64,000 bases of DNA from Octopus sinensis (taxonomy: Eukaryota). The notes under the pieces are model-generated. The model did no database searches. It had not been told where the DNA came from and was given only the letters and a program-made list of their open reading frames with translations. Shown piece after piece: positions 1 through 13,814 of the stretch. The number at the start of each line of letters is the position of its first letter. The stretch's first letter is position 1. The translations under genes were made by a program, and so were the position numbers. The DNA lies in assembly GCF_006345805.1 (NCBI RefSeq), contig NW_021833741.1, forward strand, positions 9,613 through 73,612, given 5' to 3'.

Positions 1-74
1 AAAAGGGTCAGTCGAGTGCAGAGCATAACAGAAAATTAAATAAATGACAGAGGAATAAGAAATTTCATTAGGTT

Positions 75-205
75 ACAGCTGTTTTGGTTACAAGATGCAA
101 TGCACTCATAGTGGAGTGTTTGTGTAAGCTCCGATAAAGCTCGAAAGTGAGACAGACACAAGCACTCAACTATGAGTGCATTGCATCTTGTAGTAGAAAC
201 AGCTG
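75..205. repeat. inverted repeat, about 50-bp arms (75-125 / 156-205), 30-bp spacer
   Basis: acagctgttttggttacaagatgcaatgcactcatagtggagtgtttgtgt versus acacaagcactcaactatgagtgcattgcatcttgtagtagaaacagctg. Confidence 0.9.
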
Positions 206-417
206 CAAGCTAAGTTCGTGACATAATGGGTCTTTCTTTTATCATTACATTACTTTCTCTCTCCCTCTCTCTCTCTCTCTCTCCCTCTCTCCCTCTCTCT
301 CTCTCTCACCCCCTCTCTCTCTCTCTCCTCCTGCTTCCATTTCCTGAGCGCCTATTAATAATAATACTGTAATTGTTCCATTGTTGTTGTTTTTTTGTTT
401 TCCCGTTGGATTAAAAT

Positions 418-451
<34 letters not shown>

Positions 452-568
452 ATATATGTAGGTAAATGAATTATCCTAGTATGGATAATTCGGTTAATCG
501 ATACCTGGGTAGCAAATTCACTTCAGAAAATCTTCGTTCGACTCCATTCTTTCATTTATTCACATATA

Positions 569-613
<45 letters not shown>

Positions 614-717
614 TTAATTATATCTGTAGTAAATATTAACATACATACACACACCATGTATGTCCATCTGTGTGCGTGCATGTGTATGTTTTGTGTGTGT
701 GTATGTATATACATGCC

Positions 718-780
<63 letters not shown>

Positions 781-840
781 TACGGAGATGTACTTGCATA
801 GTAAGTGACCTGATCTGAGATCGTGTGCTGGAACGAAAAC

Positions 841-969
841 AATTGCAGCGTGGAAGATGTTTATAAGCATTTAAAGCAGACAAAAACAGATTCACTTCAC
901 ATTTAAATTTTTTATTTAAAACGATTTTTTGTGTTTTAATGGCTGATAAACACCTTCCACGCTGCAATT
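841..969. mobile_element. MITE-like or Helentron-like segment bounded by 24-bp inverted repeats
   Basis: aattgcagcgtggaagatgtttat (841-864) and ataaacaccttccacgctgcaatt (946-969), one mismatch. Confidence 0.5.
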
Positions 970-992
970 ATTCACACACACACACACACACA

Positions 993-1063
<71 letters not shown>

Positions 1064-2545
1064 AGATTCAGGTAATATTACGTCTGATGATGCAAGATAA
1101 TAGGTAAATACAATTGCTGCTCAAGGTTGATTTGGTGCCGAGACTGCAACTTGAACTGCAACCAAAAGCCGGGATCTTGTAACTGTTTAATGACGACTGT
1201 CAGTTTAACCATTGAGCAGCTATATGTATAACAGAATAAAAGTATAAACAGGCAAACAACTGGTATACGGTTAAACTACGACATTTGAACATGATCGTTG
1301 AGTTGTTACCTGAGTATAGACTATAAAAAAGAAGGAAATAATCGGGGTGGGGGCAGATAGTCTCTTACAGCTGTTTCAAGGATAGATGCGCAGATAGCGC
1401 ATCTCTTGCAAAACCAATTAAAGATTTCTACTAAATCTCTCTCTCATTCTCCATTCGATGATGGACAAATTGCTTCAATATGGCTAGTTTTGGTTCATAA
1501 ATGCATCACCTGCGCATCTATTCTCGAAATAGCCGAGGCTTTCTGCACACCACTTTGCTTCTTGCCTTCGCAGGATCGAAACTCAGCCATCACGTTTAAA
1601 GATGTGTTACAATCTAAGCTGATCCCAGTCGTTTGCCCGTATATATTTCTATTCCATAATATAATATATATCGGCCTGTTTGCCTGGCCAGCAAGGTGGC
1701 ATGATCCAAAAGCTAAAACGATGCAGGTCGCATTGTGACCAGCGATGTATAACAACATCCTATAGTCTGGTCGATCACGTGATAAACACAGCACACACAC
1801 AGGTGCACTACACACCGTATGACGCAAAATAGAGCATAATATATAAATATAAGCATTGATGATGATGATGGTGGAGGTGGTAGAGGATGTGGTAGTGGAG
1901 GTGGTTGTGGTGGTGGTGGTGGTGGCAATGGTGATGGTGGTCATAATCATATTCATAATGATGGAGATAATGATGTTAATGATTGTGATGATGGTGATGA
2001 TGATGGTGGTGATGATGATGATGATGTAGCAGTCAGTGATAAAGTTAATTGTGAAGTGTTGATGTGTAGACGGCAGTAACGACGTGTGTGTGTGTGTGTG
2101 TCTGCATGTATGTGTGTGTACGTGTGTGCGTGTGTGTGCCTGTGTGTGTGTGTGTGTATGTGTGTGTAGCGGAAGTGGCGAGGTAAATAAAATAAATGGT
2201 TGTATGAGATGGCAAGGAGTTTGGTGGTATAATAGATGTCGGTGGGGGGTGGAGGGGAGGTGTAGGTTGGGAGAGGTGGACTTTGATGGTGGCGGCGGCG
2301 GCGGCGGCGAAGCTGGAAGGTGTTTGAGGTGAGATGTTTGTGAAAGAAAACACAGTTAAAACCCCCTTTCTTCCTCCTCCTCTTCTTCTTCCTCCTACTC
2401 CTACTCCTGCATGTCTTCCTACTCCCCCTTTCACCCCCGCAGGTCTGACTCATCAACTTTATCTCCCTGTAGTGTTGTTCTTTGGGAAGCCTTATGGGTT
2501 TGTTAAGGATGAAAGGGGTCAAGAACGATAAAGGTAAAAGGAGAC

Positions 2546-2583
<38 letters not shown>

Positions 2584-3259
2584 AAAGGAGTAGGGAGAAA
2601 GAGAGAGAGAGAGATTAGAGGGAGTGAGAGGTTACAGAAAACAGATAGAGTGAGAGAGCAGAAAGAGAGAAAAAGAGACAGAATAGAGAGAATGGAGACG
2701 AAGAGTAGAGAGGAGAATAGAGAGAAGGGAGAGAGAGAAAGGAGAAAGAGAGCTGAGAGAGAGAGAGAGAGGGTGGTGGTGGTGGTGGTGGAGAAAGAAT
2801 GTAGAAAGAAAAAAAGTGAAATCAAAGACGGAAAGAGAGGCAAGTAAAATTGGCTGCTATTGGCTGCAGGTAAGGATTCTTTGAAGAGATCCATAATCAA
2901 TGACTTTCCAACCATGAAAGTCACATCTTTTATTCATAGCCCAGCCACCGGATTAGGGATAGGGTTAGGATTAGGGTTACGCTTACATCATCCCACCTAT
3001 CCTTTTCTAAGACGGCGATCTAGTAAACGAGATGGAATTTGGCTGCTCTTTCTAACTGCTTAAGTGACCGCCTAGAATGTGTGACGAAAAAAGCTAAGAC
3101 AAAGGACACTAAAATAATAATAATGATAATAATAATAATAATGATAATAATAATAAGCTGAAGGGAAAACCAAGTGTCCAGTGCGTGTGTTTAATTGGCA
3201 AAAATATGACCCTCCCCAAATATAAGAATATATTACCTGTTTCTCCGTGGATCGAGAAA

Positions 3260-3660
3260 ATAATCCTTACTAGTGGAGGGCCAAGGCCTCATGTGTGGGG
3301 GAAGGAGACTTGTCGATTACATCGACACCAGGGTTTCATTGGTATTTAATTTATCAACTCCGAAAGGATGAAAGGCAACGTTGACTTCGGTGGAATTTGA
3401 ACTCACAACGTAGCGACGGGCAAAATACCTATTTCTTTTCTACCCACAAGGGGCTAAACACAGAGAGGACAAACATGGACAGACAAACGGATTAAGTCGA
3501 TTATATCGACCCCAGTGCGTAACTGGTATTTATTTAATCGACCCCGAAAGGATGAAAGGCAAAGTCAACCTCGGCAGAATTTGAACTCAGAACGTAGCGG
3601 CAGACGAGATACCGCTAAGCATTTCGACCAGCGTGCTAACGTTTCTGCCAGCTCGCTGCC
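3260..3660 (-). mobile_element. tRNA-derived SINE family B, dimeric form
   Basis: Two successive GAGTTCAAATT..GCCTTTCATCCTTTCGG..GATAAAT core units with different tails. Confidence 0.85.
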
Positions 3661-4033
3661 GTTTGGATCAAGAAAATAATGAACAGCTTCAACCAACTTT
3701 CGACTGTTTCAATTTGTATCTACATAACTGTATGTGAATGCACGTGAATCTCTCTATATCTGCAAATATGGAAGCATGTTTATAAGAGTGCAGCGTGTGT
3801 GTGTGTTTTGTATTTGTGTATGTTAAGCGGTAGTCTGGAAAAGTTAAAAGAGTTTTCAAGCAGAAACAGTTATTCCGATTTCATTAAATTTAGTGTCAGA
3901 GCGAAACTGAGGAGAGGAATGTAGTGATGCCGTTGTCAGAATTCGGTGATGAGGCTTTGTTTCTTGGAAACATGGTCCTTTAGAGGAAGATTATAAGACA
4001 CAGCATATAGACATTTCAAAATGTAACCAATAT

Positions 4034-4439
4034 GAGTGGCTGTGTAGTAAGTAGCTTGCTTACGAACCACATGGTCCTGGGTTCTGTCCCACTGCGTGGC
4101 ACCTTGGGCAAGTGTATTCTACTATAGCCTCGGGCCGACCAAAGCCTTGAGAGTGGATTTGGTAGACGGAAACTGAAAGAAGCCCGTCGTATATATGTAT
4201 ATATATGTATATATGTTTGTGTGTGTATATGCTTGTATGTCCGTGTTTGTCCCCCCAACATCGCTTCACAACCCATGCTGGTGCGTTTACGTCCCCATAA
4301 CTTAGCGGTTCGGCAAAAGAGACCAATAGAATAAGTACTAGGCTTACAAAGAATAAGTCCTGGGGTGGATTTGCTCGACTAGAGGCGGTGCTCCAGTATG
4401 GTCACAGTCAAATGACTGAAACAAGTAAAAGAGTAAAAG
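4034..4439 (+). mobile_element. tRNA-derived SINE, family A
   Basis: A-box/B-box-like head, internal (TA/GT)n and (GAGTAAAA)n tail; colinear with the other copies in the window. Confidence 0.9.
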
Positions 4440-4499
4440 CGCAACATGTGAATCGTTGGCGATTTTTTTCCCTCCGTTTTCCTTTTCTCTCGGATTTCC

Positions 4500-4720
4500 C
4501 TCCGGCTGCCTGGATTCCTAAGCATCACCAACTGTGGCTATGAATATTACCCAATCGTGCCATTCTTGGTCCACCCTTTGGTCTCCTACCGGTTGGAGGG
4601 GCTGCAAGAACCCGTCCTCTGATTCTTTTATGCAACTTCCTAATCCCCCGTCTGTAGTAATTCCTCAGCTGGACAAGCCCCAAACTTCTGGTAAATTGAG
4701 GCGAGGAGGGATACTTGCTA
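4500..4720 (-). mobile_element. degraded RTE-like LINE 3' fragment
   Basis: GRRPKGGPR..RLGNIHSHSW*CLGIQ resembles the RTE motif GxRPRGRP..RW.D.I...W..LGI. Confidence 0.5.
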
Positions 4721-5534
4721 ATTGTATTGTTGGGAAAGTGCCACATGTTAATCCAAAGATAATCTAGTTCTTTAGCGACCCTGCACTGATTAACGAAGAT
4801 TAATATTAACGAACCCACCCCCACTCTGCCGCGCACATTCCCCACTAATGGGTTAAATAAATAAATAAATAAATAAATAAAAGGGTGAGGGTTTGGTTGT
4901 CGGGAATCGGTGAATTATCAATTATAATTTCTTTTATTTGACTGGAAGGCTTGATTGCAACAACAACAACAACAACAAGTGCAGGGTGCAACAACAACAA
5001 CGAGTAACAATACAAGAGACGAAGTCTGAGCAAACAGAAGCCATTGACATTGATTGGATGAAGCAAAATAATAGAGCCGGAGGGCGGGGGGTGAGGTGGG
5101 GAATGCTAAGGAATGGTGGTAGTTAGAGGTAATGGAATAACTGGGGAAGGAGTAAGTGGGGTCGGTGACGCAGGTTGCGGTGGGAGGTTGATATTTAGAA
5201 AGTGATAATGATGACGATGATCATGATGGTGGTGGTGATGATGACAGGGACATGAGGATGAGTATGAAGATGATGATGATGATGACGACGACGATGATAG
5301 TGATGATGATGATGATGAAAACGACGACTACGATGATGATGCTGATGCTGATGATGAGTATGATGATGATGATGATGAGTATGGTGATGTTACGAAGATG
5401 CTGCCGTTACAGATGTAGCCCAACATTGTGCAGAAAACACTACTGTAACGGCTGAAAACTGAGTTCGGTCTAACTGCACAACTGACTACCACCCGGGGGC
5501 AATGGGTCACTCTCAAACGATCAGTGATTTCGAC

Positions 5535-5648
5535 CTCTTTGAAATACAGTTACAACTCATTTTTGCCAGCTGAGTAGACTGGAGCAACGTGAAATGAAGT
5601 GTCTTGCTCAAGCACACAACGCGTCGCCGGGAATCGAACTCACGGCTT
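5535..5648 (-). mobile_element. CORE-SINE-like fragment
   Basis: B box GAGTTCGATTCCC followed by TGTGCTTGAGCAAGACACTT..CTCAGCTGGCAAAAATGAGT (CORE/MIR-like), then GTAACTGTATTTCAAAG shared with family D. Confidence 0.6.
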
Positions 5649-5762
5649 TACACACAAACACACACATACATACACACACACACATATGTGTGTAACATAT
5701 GGTATAATTATAAACGGCAAATTTTAGCTATTTCTCTGCAGACTGAAAATATGACGATAACC

Positions 5763-5804
5763 TTTATCGATTTTCGAACCTTATTGAGTTCTCATCAGCG
5801 GCGT
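5763..5804 (-). ncRNA. partial hammerhead motif (core + stem II; stem I' missing)
   Basis: CTGATGA GAAC TCAATAAG GTTC GAAA ATCGAT A; the downstream bases do not pair with upstream GCCG. Confidence 0.4.
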
Positions 5805-6301
5805 CTACAACATTCTGACAAATCTCCAGAGAAACAATCAACCAAACTGTTTATATACTCAACAAATGCAGCAGTTTCTCTATGAATGAGTCCCTAATTT
5901 GCATACCGAAAGTGTTTAACACCAGTGGCTCTGTCAACGGGGATCTTAGTCCACACAGTATCAAGGTATGATATAATATATACGTATATATACAGTCTCT
6001 TTTACTCGTTTCAGTTATGCGGCTGCGGTCATATTGGAGCACCGCCGTGGTCTCTCTGGCTTCCTCAGTCTGAGGCATTTCACATCACAACTCCTATATG
6101 TTTCCTATGTCCCAGCTGATGGAGTGGATGACGCCTTTGATACAATAAAACGGCGGCCAGTTCAAGCATTTGTATAACACTCAATGTAGAAATTAGGCAC
6201 CAACCCTTCTAGAGTTTTCCATATGTAGGATATTACATATCTGTCACACCTTCGATCTAGGGAGTAAAGTTGCAATTTTTTTTAGCTTATACATACATAC
6301 A

Positions 6302-6332
<31 letters not shown>

Positions 6333-6334
<2 letters not shown>

Positions 6335-7135
6335 TATTATCTACCGATGAGACAACGATGTTGCAGCTAGGACACTCTATAATGAAATCCGTCGAAAGTA
6401 TAAACCCGAGGACAAAGAAATAAAAACTCACAATATGGTAGAAGCCATAGCCACTCATAATAAAAACGCGCACTGGTGGAATGTCCCAGTGAAAAGATCA
6501 ACAAAATGTAAGCACAACAGACCTGATATAATGATTTGCGATAGAGAAGAAAAAACTGTGCACAGTTGTGGAAATTAGCTGACCAGTGGATAATAACATA
6601 AAACTGAAGATCTATGCTGAACTATTGAGAAATCTGCAGTTACTCTATCCAGATTACAAGTTCAGGTTTATACCTGTAATTATTGGAGTCCTGGGATATG
6701 TAATACATTGCCTAAATACCAATCTTGAGAAATTAGGCTTCTCAAAACCAGAAAGGAGAAAGCTGATTCGAAGACTACAGATCCAATCCATTAGTTGAAC
6801 TGTAAAAATCTGTAAAACTTTCCAGAAGTTTATCATTTAAATATATATGAGCATGTCTAGATATGCAACTATATGCATGAGAATACATACATAAAGCGAA
6901 ACATACAAATCTGGACATATACATTTATATATGCATACAAACATACATACATACATACATACATGCATAGATACATACATACATGCAAAAATACATACAT
7001 ACATAGATACATGCATACATACATACAAATATACCCTGTTGTTGATGTTGAAATTCCAATGAAGAAGTCTTGATCTAGGTTAGAAACCGGTTCTTTCTCT
7101 TTTGGCAAGAAATCTTGAAATAAACTGAATAATGA
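6333..7135 (+). mobile_element. 5'-truncated non-LTR retrotransposon with restriction-like endonuclease (R4/Dong-like) plus 3' UTR
   Basis: With two frameshifts and two stops: MRHDVAARTLY...WWNVPVK...KHNRPDIMICDREEKLCTVVEIS*PVDN...YAELLRNLQLLYPDYKFRFIPVIIGVLG...KICKTFQKFII* (RHD motif and PD-(D/E)xK-type motif). Flanked by (CATA)n. Confidence 0.8.
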
Positions 7136-7329
7136 CATACACACACACACACGCACACGCACACGCGTGTGTGTTTACGTACGCGCGTCTCAATGTACTA
7201 ATAGATAGTTAGGAGACTGTAGTCAAGATATTGGTATGCACCAACCGACCTACCGACCTCCCATCCTACCTCCCCGCCACCGACCAATGACATAAGGCGG
7301 ATGCATTGTCCATTGTTCGAACACTTTGG

Positions 7330-7460
7330 CTGGCGTCGTCCGGTCGATGTTCGGTCAAGAATATACACAGGACCCTTCATAATACCGTTTCCGCCACAAC
7401 TTAGCATTTCTCCTCGACAAAAGCACAATGCCAAACCTTTACTGACAGACGGAAAGAAGT
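7330..7460 (+). pseudogene. possible Helitron/PIF1 helicase relic
   Basis: Frameshifted FP.QLAF...KAQCQT resembles the helicase motif QFP.RLAFAMTINKAQGQT. Confidence 0.3.
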
Positions 7461-7840
7461 GCGAATGTTCTAATGTGTGTCTGTATGTATGTATGTATGT
7501 ATGTATGTATGTATGTATGTTTGTATGTATGTATGTGTGTGTGTATGTATGTATGTGTGCGCGTATATGTATGTGTGTATGTGTCTGTGTATGTATGTGT
7601 GTACGTATGTGTGTGTATATGTGTGTATGTCTGTATGTATATATGTATGTACGTATGTATGTATGTGTGAGTGTGTGTGTGTGCATGTAGATATAAATTA
7701 TTCATATTTAAATGAATATATGTAGATATAAACATACAGACATATTGATTGACACACACACGCACATACAGTTATATGTATGTAATGGTTTATATTCTAT
7801 TCATACTCATATCCATAGATATTTATATATATATACATAC

Positions 7841-7875
<35 letters not shown>

Positions 7876-8548
7876 TGTATGCATGCATGCATGCATGCAT
7901 GTATGTATGTATGCATGTATGTATGTATGTATGTATGTATGTATGTATGTATGTATGTATGTATGTGTATAGATATATCAATATCTAAGTGTACACGCAC
8001 TCTTACACACACACACTTACGCACACGCGTTTTTGCTTTCTCATCGCGGTTGAGTAGAAGAAAATGGGGGGTGGGTGTGGGGAGAGGTGGTGTAGAATGT
8101 AACCTTGTTGACAATTTGGTCAAGTGGCTTCCGAAGGAAATTTCCAAAATCTAGAAGTAATAAATAACCAGGGAAAAGGAAAAAGAAAAAGGAAAACTAA
8201 TGAAACTTCTCATTTGAAGAAAGGTCCGACCTCTACCACCACAAACACACACACACACACACACCACACACACACACACACAGAGAGACACACACACACA
8301 GACACACATACACACACACACACAGACACACACACACACAGACACACAGACAGACAGACACACACACACACATACACACACACACACACACACACAGACA
8401 CACACACAGACACACACACACATACACACACACAGACACACACACTATACACAGACTCATATATGCAAATATGTATGTATATATATTAATGTATGTATAC
8501 ATAAATGTACGCATATATACGGATATATACATATACACATACACACGT

Positions 8549-8549
<1 letters not shown>

Positions 8550-8586
<37 letters not shown>

Positions 8587-8823
8587 AATGAGTACACACA
8601 CACACACGCAATGGAGTGTAACCTTGAGCTCAAATATATATGTGCCCTCTCACATACATATACAGATGCACAACTACTCATAACTACACTCACACATACA
8701 AAGCCCACAAACACGTACACACACGCAACGCATATGCACACACATATTTGTACTCAAGTGCATACGCATATTTCAGCAGCCTGAAGAAATACGAAAGCAT
8801 TTGATAAAGAGACGAGGACATTC

Positions 8824-8861
<38 letters not shown>

Positions 8862-9130
8862 TAATAATAATAATATAGTAATTCGGGAAATAATGTCAAG
8901 AAGGGAAATGCTGAAGGTGTGATCAACAAAGTAAACACGCAATTGTGTGCCTATATATATATGTGTGTGTATATATATATATATATACATACATATATAT
9001 ATATATATGAATACATATATATGTATATATATATATATATGTATATATATACATATATATATATGTGTGTGTGTGTGAACACACATATTTCTCTAATTCT
9101 ATTTCATGTCAAAATAAAACTGTGTATCTA

Positions 9131-9171
<41 letters not shown>

Positions 9172-9419
9172 TATATATCGAAATGAGTACACACACACAC
9201 ACACGCAATGGAGTGTAACCTTGAGCTCAAATATATATGTGCCCTCTCACATACATATACAGATGCACAACTACTCATAACTACACTCACACATACAAAG
9301 CCCACAAACACGTACACACACGCAACGCATATGCACACACATATTTGTACTCAAGTGCATACGCATATTCAGCAGCCTGAAGAAATACGAAAGCATTTGA
9401 TAAAGAGACGAGGACATTC

Positions 9420-9463
<44 letters not shown>

Positions 9464-9727
9464 TAATAATAATAGTAATTCGGGAAATAATGTCAAGAAG
9501 GGAAATGCTGAAGGTGTGATCAACAAAGTAAACACGCAATTGTGTGCCTATATATATATGTGTGTGTATATATATATATATATACATACATATATATATA
9601 TATATGAATACATATATATGTATATATATATATATATGTATATATATACATATATATATATGTGTGTGTGTGTGAACACACATATTTCTCTAATTCTATT
9701 TCATGTCAAAATAAAACTGTGTATCTA

Positions 9728-9760
<33 letters not shown>
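8550..9760. repeat. tandem duplication, period about 595 bp
   Basis: cgaaatgagt occurs at 8584 and 9179; the unique parts are near-identical and the junctions lie in (TA)n. Confidence 0.95.
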
Positions 9761-9766
<6 letters not shown>

Positions 9767-9998
9767 ACGTACACATACACATTTAAATAGAACACACACA
9801 TACACACACACCTACCTACCCACACCTTCCTGTGTACTCAACAAAAGTCAAAAGAGAGTCCGTTGTTTGAATTTTCTATTACAAGAAACGAATGTCTAAA
9901 TTTAGAACTCGCGAACTTCCTTTCGTCGTCCATAATTCGATCAATTCCTTGTTTGATATTTAAATAGATTTGGTACAATTTACATTAATTACGATGGG

Positions 9999-10048
<50 letters not shown>

Positions 10049-10364
10049 GTGGGGGTTTCATGTTCAGTGAACAAGTCATCAGCATTCGCTAACCCCTTTT
10101 TCCCTCCAAAGCTACTCCTTAAAAATGTAAATAAACCTGGTGACTAACCTATCTCATTTGCATAAAGTTATATGATTGACAAGCAGACATTATTGACTCC
10201 TCGGCCGCCAATGCACTGAAGGTTATGAATAAATATTTATGCGGAGCCATATCGTTCTGTAATCTTGCAAGTAACATTGGAGCCAGCTGGTTCAATTCCA
10301 GACCCAATCTGCCGAAAAGGTCCACGTGGGCCACATCTCGTAGTGATAAAAATACGTGTAAATG

Positions 10365-10955
10365 AGTTGATTTGTTTACCGCTTCCTAACCACGTGATTT
10401 CGGGTTCAGTCCCACTGTGTGACACCTTGGAGAAGTGCCTTCTACTATAGCCTGGCCTCGGGAACTCCAGTGCCTTGGGAAGGAATTTGATAGACGGAAA
10501 CTGTGTGGAGGCCCGTCGTACAACATGCTCTTTGTCTATCTCCTTAACTTCTTGAAGATTTTAGGTAAAATTATACTAATGTGTCCTGTTTTAATTTAAT
10601 TAAATTCTATGTTTTTGTGCAGCTGAAGATTGCTCTACATTTTAAACTGATGTAATGAAATGATTGCATTCAATTAAATGGAGTTGCATGAAACGATCAT
10701 ACTGCATTACCTCTGGATATCGTTGTTGCTTATTTTGATTTATATATTTATATATATATGGGTGTGTGTGTAATTTGTGTTTGTGTTTGTCCTTCCACCA
10801 ATTGGCAACTGGTGTTGGTTCGTTTACGTCTCTATAACCTTGTGCGTCGGCAAATGAGACCGAAGAATAAATAGCAGACTTAAAATAATTACTAGGGTCG
10901 ACTTGTTCGGCGGTGCTCCAGCATGACCACTGTCCAGTGGCTGAAACAAGGAAAA
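10365..10955 (+). mobile_element. diverged SINE family A copy split by a about 225-bp insertion
   Basis: The 5' half ends gcccgtcgta at 10520 and the 3' half resumes near 10750. Confidence 0.75.
10618..10706 (+). ncRNA. type-I hammerhead-like ribozyme
   Basis: TGCAG CTGAAGA T TGC...GCA T GAA ACGATCAT A CTGCA: perfect 5-bp stem I. Stem III is one G>A change from the palindrome ACGATCGT. Confidence 0.7.
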
Positions 10956-10977
10956 AAGCAGTATATATCTTCATGTC

Positions 10978-11008
<31 letters not shown>

Positions 11009-11099
11009 CCATCCATCCATCCATCCATCCATCCATCCATCCATCCATCCATACATACATACATACATACATACATACATACATACATAAACACATACA

Positions 11100-11510
11100 G
11101 TCCCAGGCAGTGGCTCTCATAGCTTTTGATCTTTGCTTATTGGAAGTGTTATCATGTACATTGTTTTGTCTTGGTATAAAAGATGGGCGACAGCAAATAT
11201 TCTGCTCAATACCACAGATTTGCTTGTCAATCATATAACCAGTTGACCATGCCCCTTAGTGGTTGACGATATGTGCATCTCTGATCACGAGCAGAAGTAG
11301 TGGCGAAGCATCATAGCCATGTGTTGGGAGGAATTCTTTGGGGTTTGGATAATTCACCATTGGAAACATCAGATAATTTGGGGTTTGGATAATTCACCTT
11401 TGAAAACATCCTTAAACACCCCTTATTCAGGGACCTTTTGAGTGGGATGGCCTACTCCACCCGAAGAAGATTTTAACTGGGTCCCACCCGCAAAGTCATG
11501 TGCTGTTTCT
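11100..11510. repeat. unclassified interspersed repeat with an internal 21-bp direct duplication
   Basis: ttggggtttggataattcacc occurs twice, about 40 bp apart; the sequence resembles a common octopus repeat as I recall it. Confidence 0.45.
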
Positions 11511-12169
11511 CAGAGAAACCAAGAACTCATAGCAGCGACCATATATATTTTGTTTGTGTCGTGGCTCCAGTTAAGTTTTTGCTGATTAACACTTAAAATT
11601 CATTATTGTAGTAAATTAATTTGAACGGCGAAATTCGAAGCAGATATAACTATAAATAACAGCGTGTAGAATTTTGGTTAAAACCCCCAATACATGCTAT
11701 TATTTGTAGCTTTATCTACTTCGAATTTCATCGTTCTAAGTAATTTATTTCATATCTCACAAACTTTCTGAATTCTTATAAAGTAAACAACTTTCGTTGT
11801 AGTTTTTTCAATATTGAGTATCTTTTTTAACAAAATGGTCCCATCACCTCAGAGATTCGAACCTCTTGAGATGCTTGTAACTATCTGTACTCCAATGAAT
11901 GCGCTGGTCGGGAATTTATGGAGACAACCCGCAAAACTCTCCCCGAAAGTAATATCAGGGAAGGTATGTGTTGAGGGTGTCTTTGTTGATATTGTCGAAG
12001 TCAACATCAATGGACGTCACCGAAGACATAAAGCAGATTATTCAGTGGCTCAGTGACCTTTAGTTTCGTACTTTGTACTTTTCAAACTCTGATAAATGCA
12101 TTCGCATGAAACTCTTGAGAGCTCTTTGATTAATAAATATGCATTATATATATGTCTATTGGTCGCACG

Positions 12170-12221
<52 letters not shown>

Positions 12222-12259
12222 CTCTCTCTCTCTCTCTCTCACACACTCTCTCTCTCACA

Positions 12260-12299
<40 letters not shown>

Positions 12300-13674
12300 T
12301 ACACACACACACACACACAATTTAATAAAGTGTGATTTGTCTGCATGTGATTTAAGGTTTCTGGCAGAGACCCGGCTCGTCCAGGCTCAGATTACCGAAT
12401 AGAGAAATACAAAAAAGGCAAGATGGCTGCTAGAAAATGGGCTGCCATTGGTGAAGGCTGATCACATGGTGTTGTTAGAAGTGAGACAGGCATTGCAGCG
12501 ATATTAGATGCACATATATATCACAAAGTCACCATGCATCATACCATTCTATATTTGATAGTGGAGATAGGGGTGGGAGGGAATTTGACTGTTGTTTCTA
12601 GCAGTTCCACTGATCACATAAATACGCCGTCGTTGATGGTGGTGGTCGTGGTTGTTGTTTAACTCTAGGGCAACATTGATGGAGCGGACCGAAGACGTTC
12701 CATCCAGGACCATCCTGTCCGTTTCCTAAAGGCACAAACCACGGCTTTCGTTATCCAACTGTCCACTATTCTTAACAGGGCGGGGTGTGATCAAGGGGCG
12801 GATTGGTGATGGCGGGCGTAGTGGCGCTGCTGAGGGTAACGGCTGACGGTGGACACACACACACACACACACACACACATATGTCGATATATACTTATAT
12901 ACACACAAACGTACATGTGTGTATACTCCGCCACACACGCACATGCATACAATGGAGAAGGTGGTGATGGTGGTGGTTATTATGGTGGGAACGGTGGAGC
13001 AGCTGGGGCTGGGATGGCGATGTTGGCGGTGCAGATGTCGATTATATAAAGAGGTGATGTCGGTGCAGATGGTATTTACGTATAGAGGCGGCGGCGGCGG
13101 CGGCACATTTGGTTGCAAAGGTTGAGGCATTGTTGCAGCCGGTGTAATAATTGCCAGACAAGGTAAAGTGCAGTTAGTCACTAATTCTGTGACATAATCG
13201 TGTTACTGAGAACAGTAATACAGAAAAAAGGAGGGAGGGATGGGAGGGGGTAGAGCTGGAGCAAGGCGAGACGGCAGGGTGGTGGAGGTGGTGGTGGTGG
13301 TGTTGGTGGCGGTGAGGAGTCAGTCAATGGCGACCACGGAACAAAGCCAGACATCGCAAACTTTCGATCTCACCACGCCCATCACCACTTTCTCACTTTC
13401 GCCACTCAATCTCTTTCTCTCTTTCTCTCTCTCTACTTATCGTTCCTGGTTGCCGTACGTACGTACGTACGTATGCATGTATGTATGTATGCTCGTATGA
13501 ATGTATGTATGTATGTGTGTGTATGTATGTATGTATGAATGTATGTATGTATGTATGTATGTATGTATGTATGTATGTGTGTGTATGTATGTATGTACGT
13601 ACGAATGTGTGTATGTATTATGTATGCATGCATGTCCGCATGTATGTATGTATGTATGTATGTATGTATGTATG

Positions 13675-13737
<63 letters not shown>

Positions 13738-13814
13738 GCATACATATAGGTATACATATATGTACGTATACACATATGTGTATATACATGCCTATATTTA
13801 ATAAAGCTGATTCA

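Noticed and set aside
8775-8810. CTGAAGA AATAC GAAA (also about 9375)
   Set aside because: No stem II, stem III or stem I' pairing.
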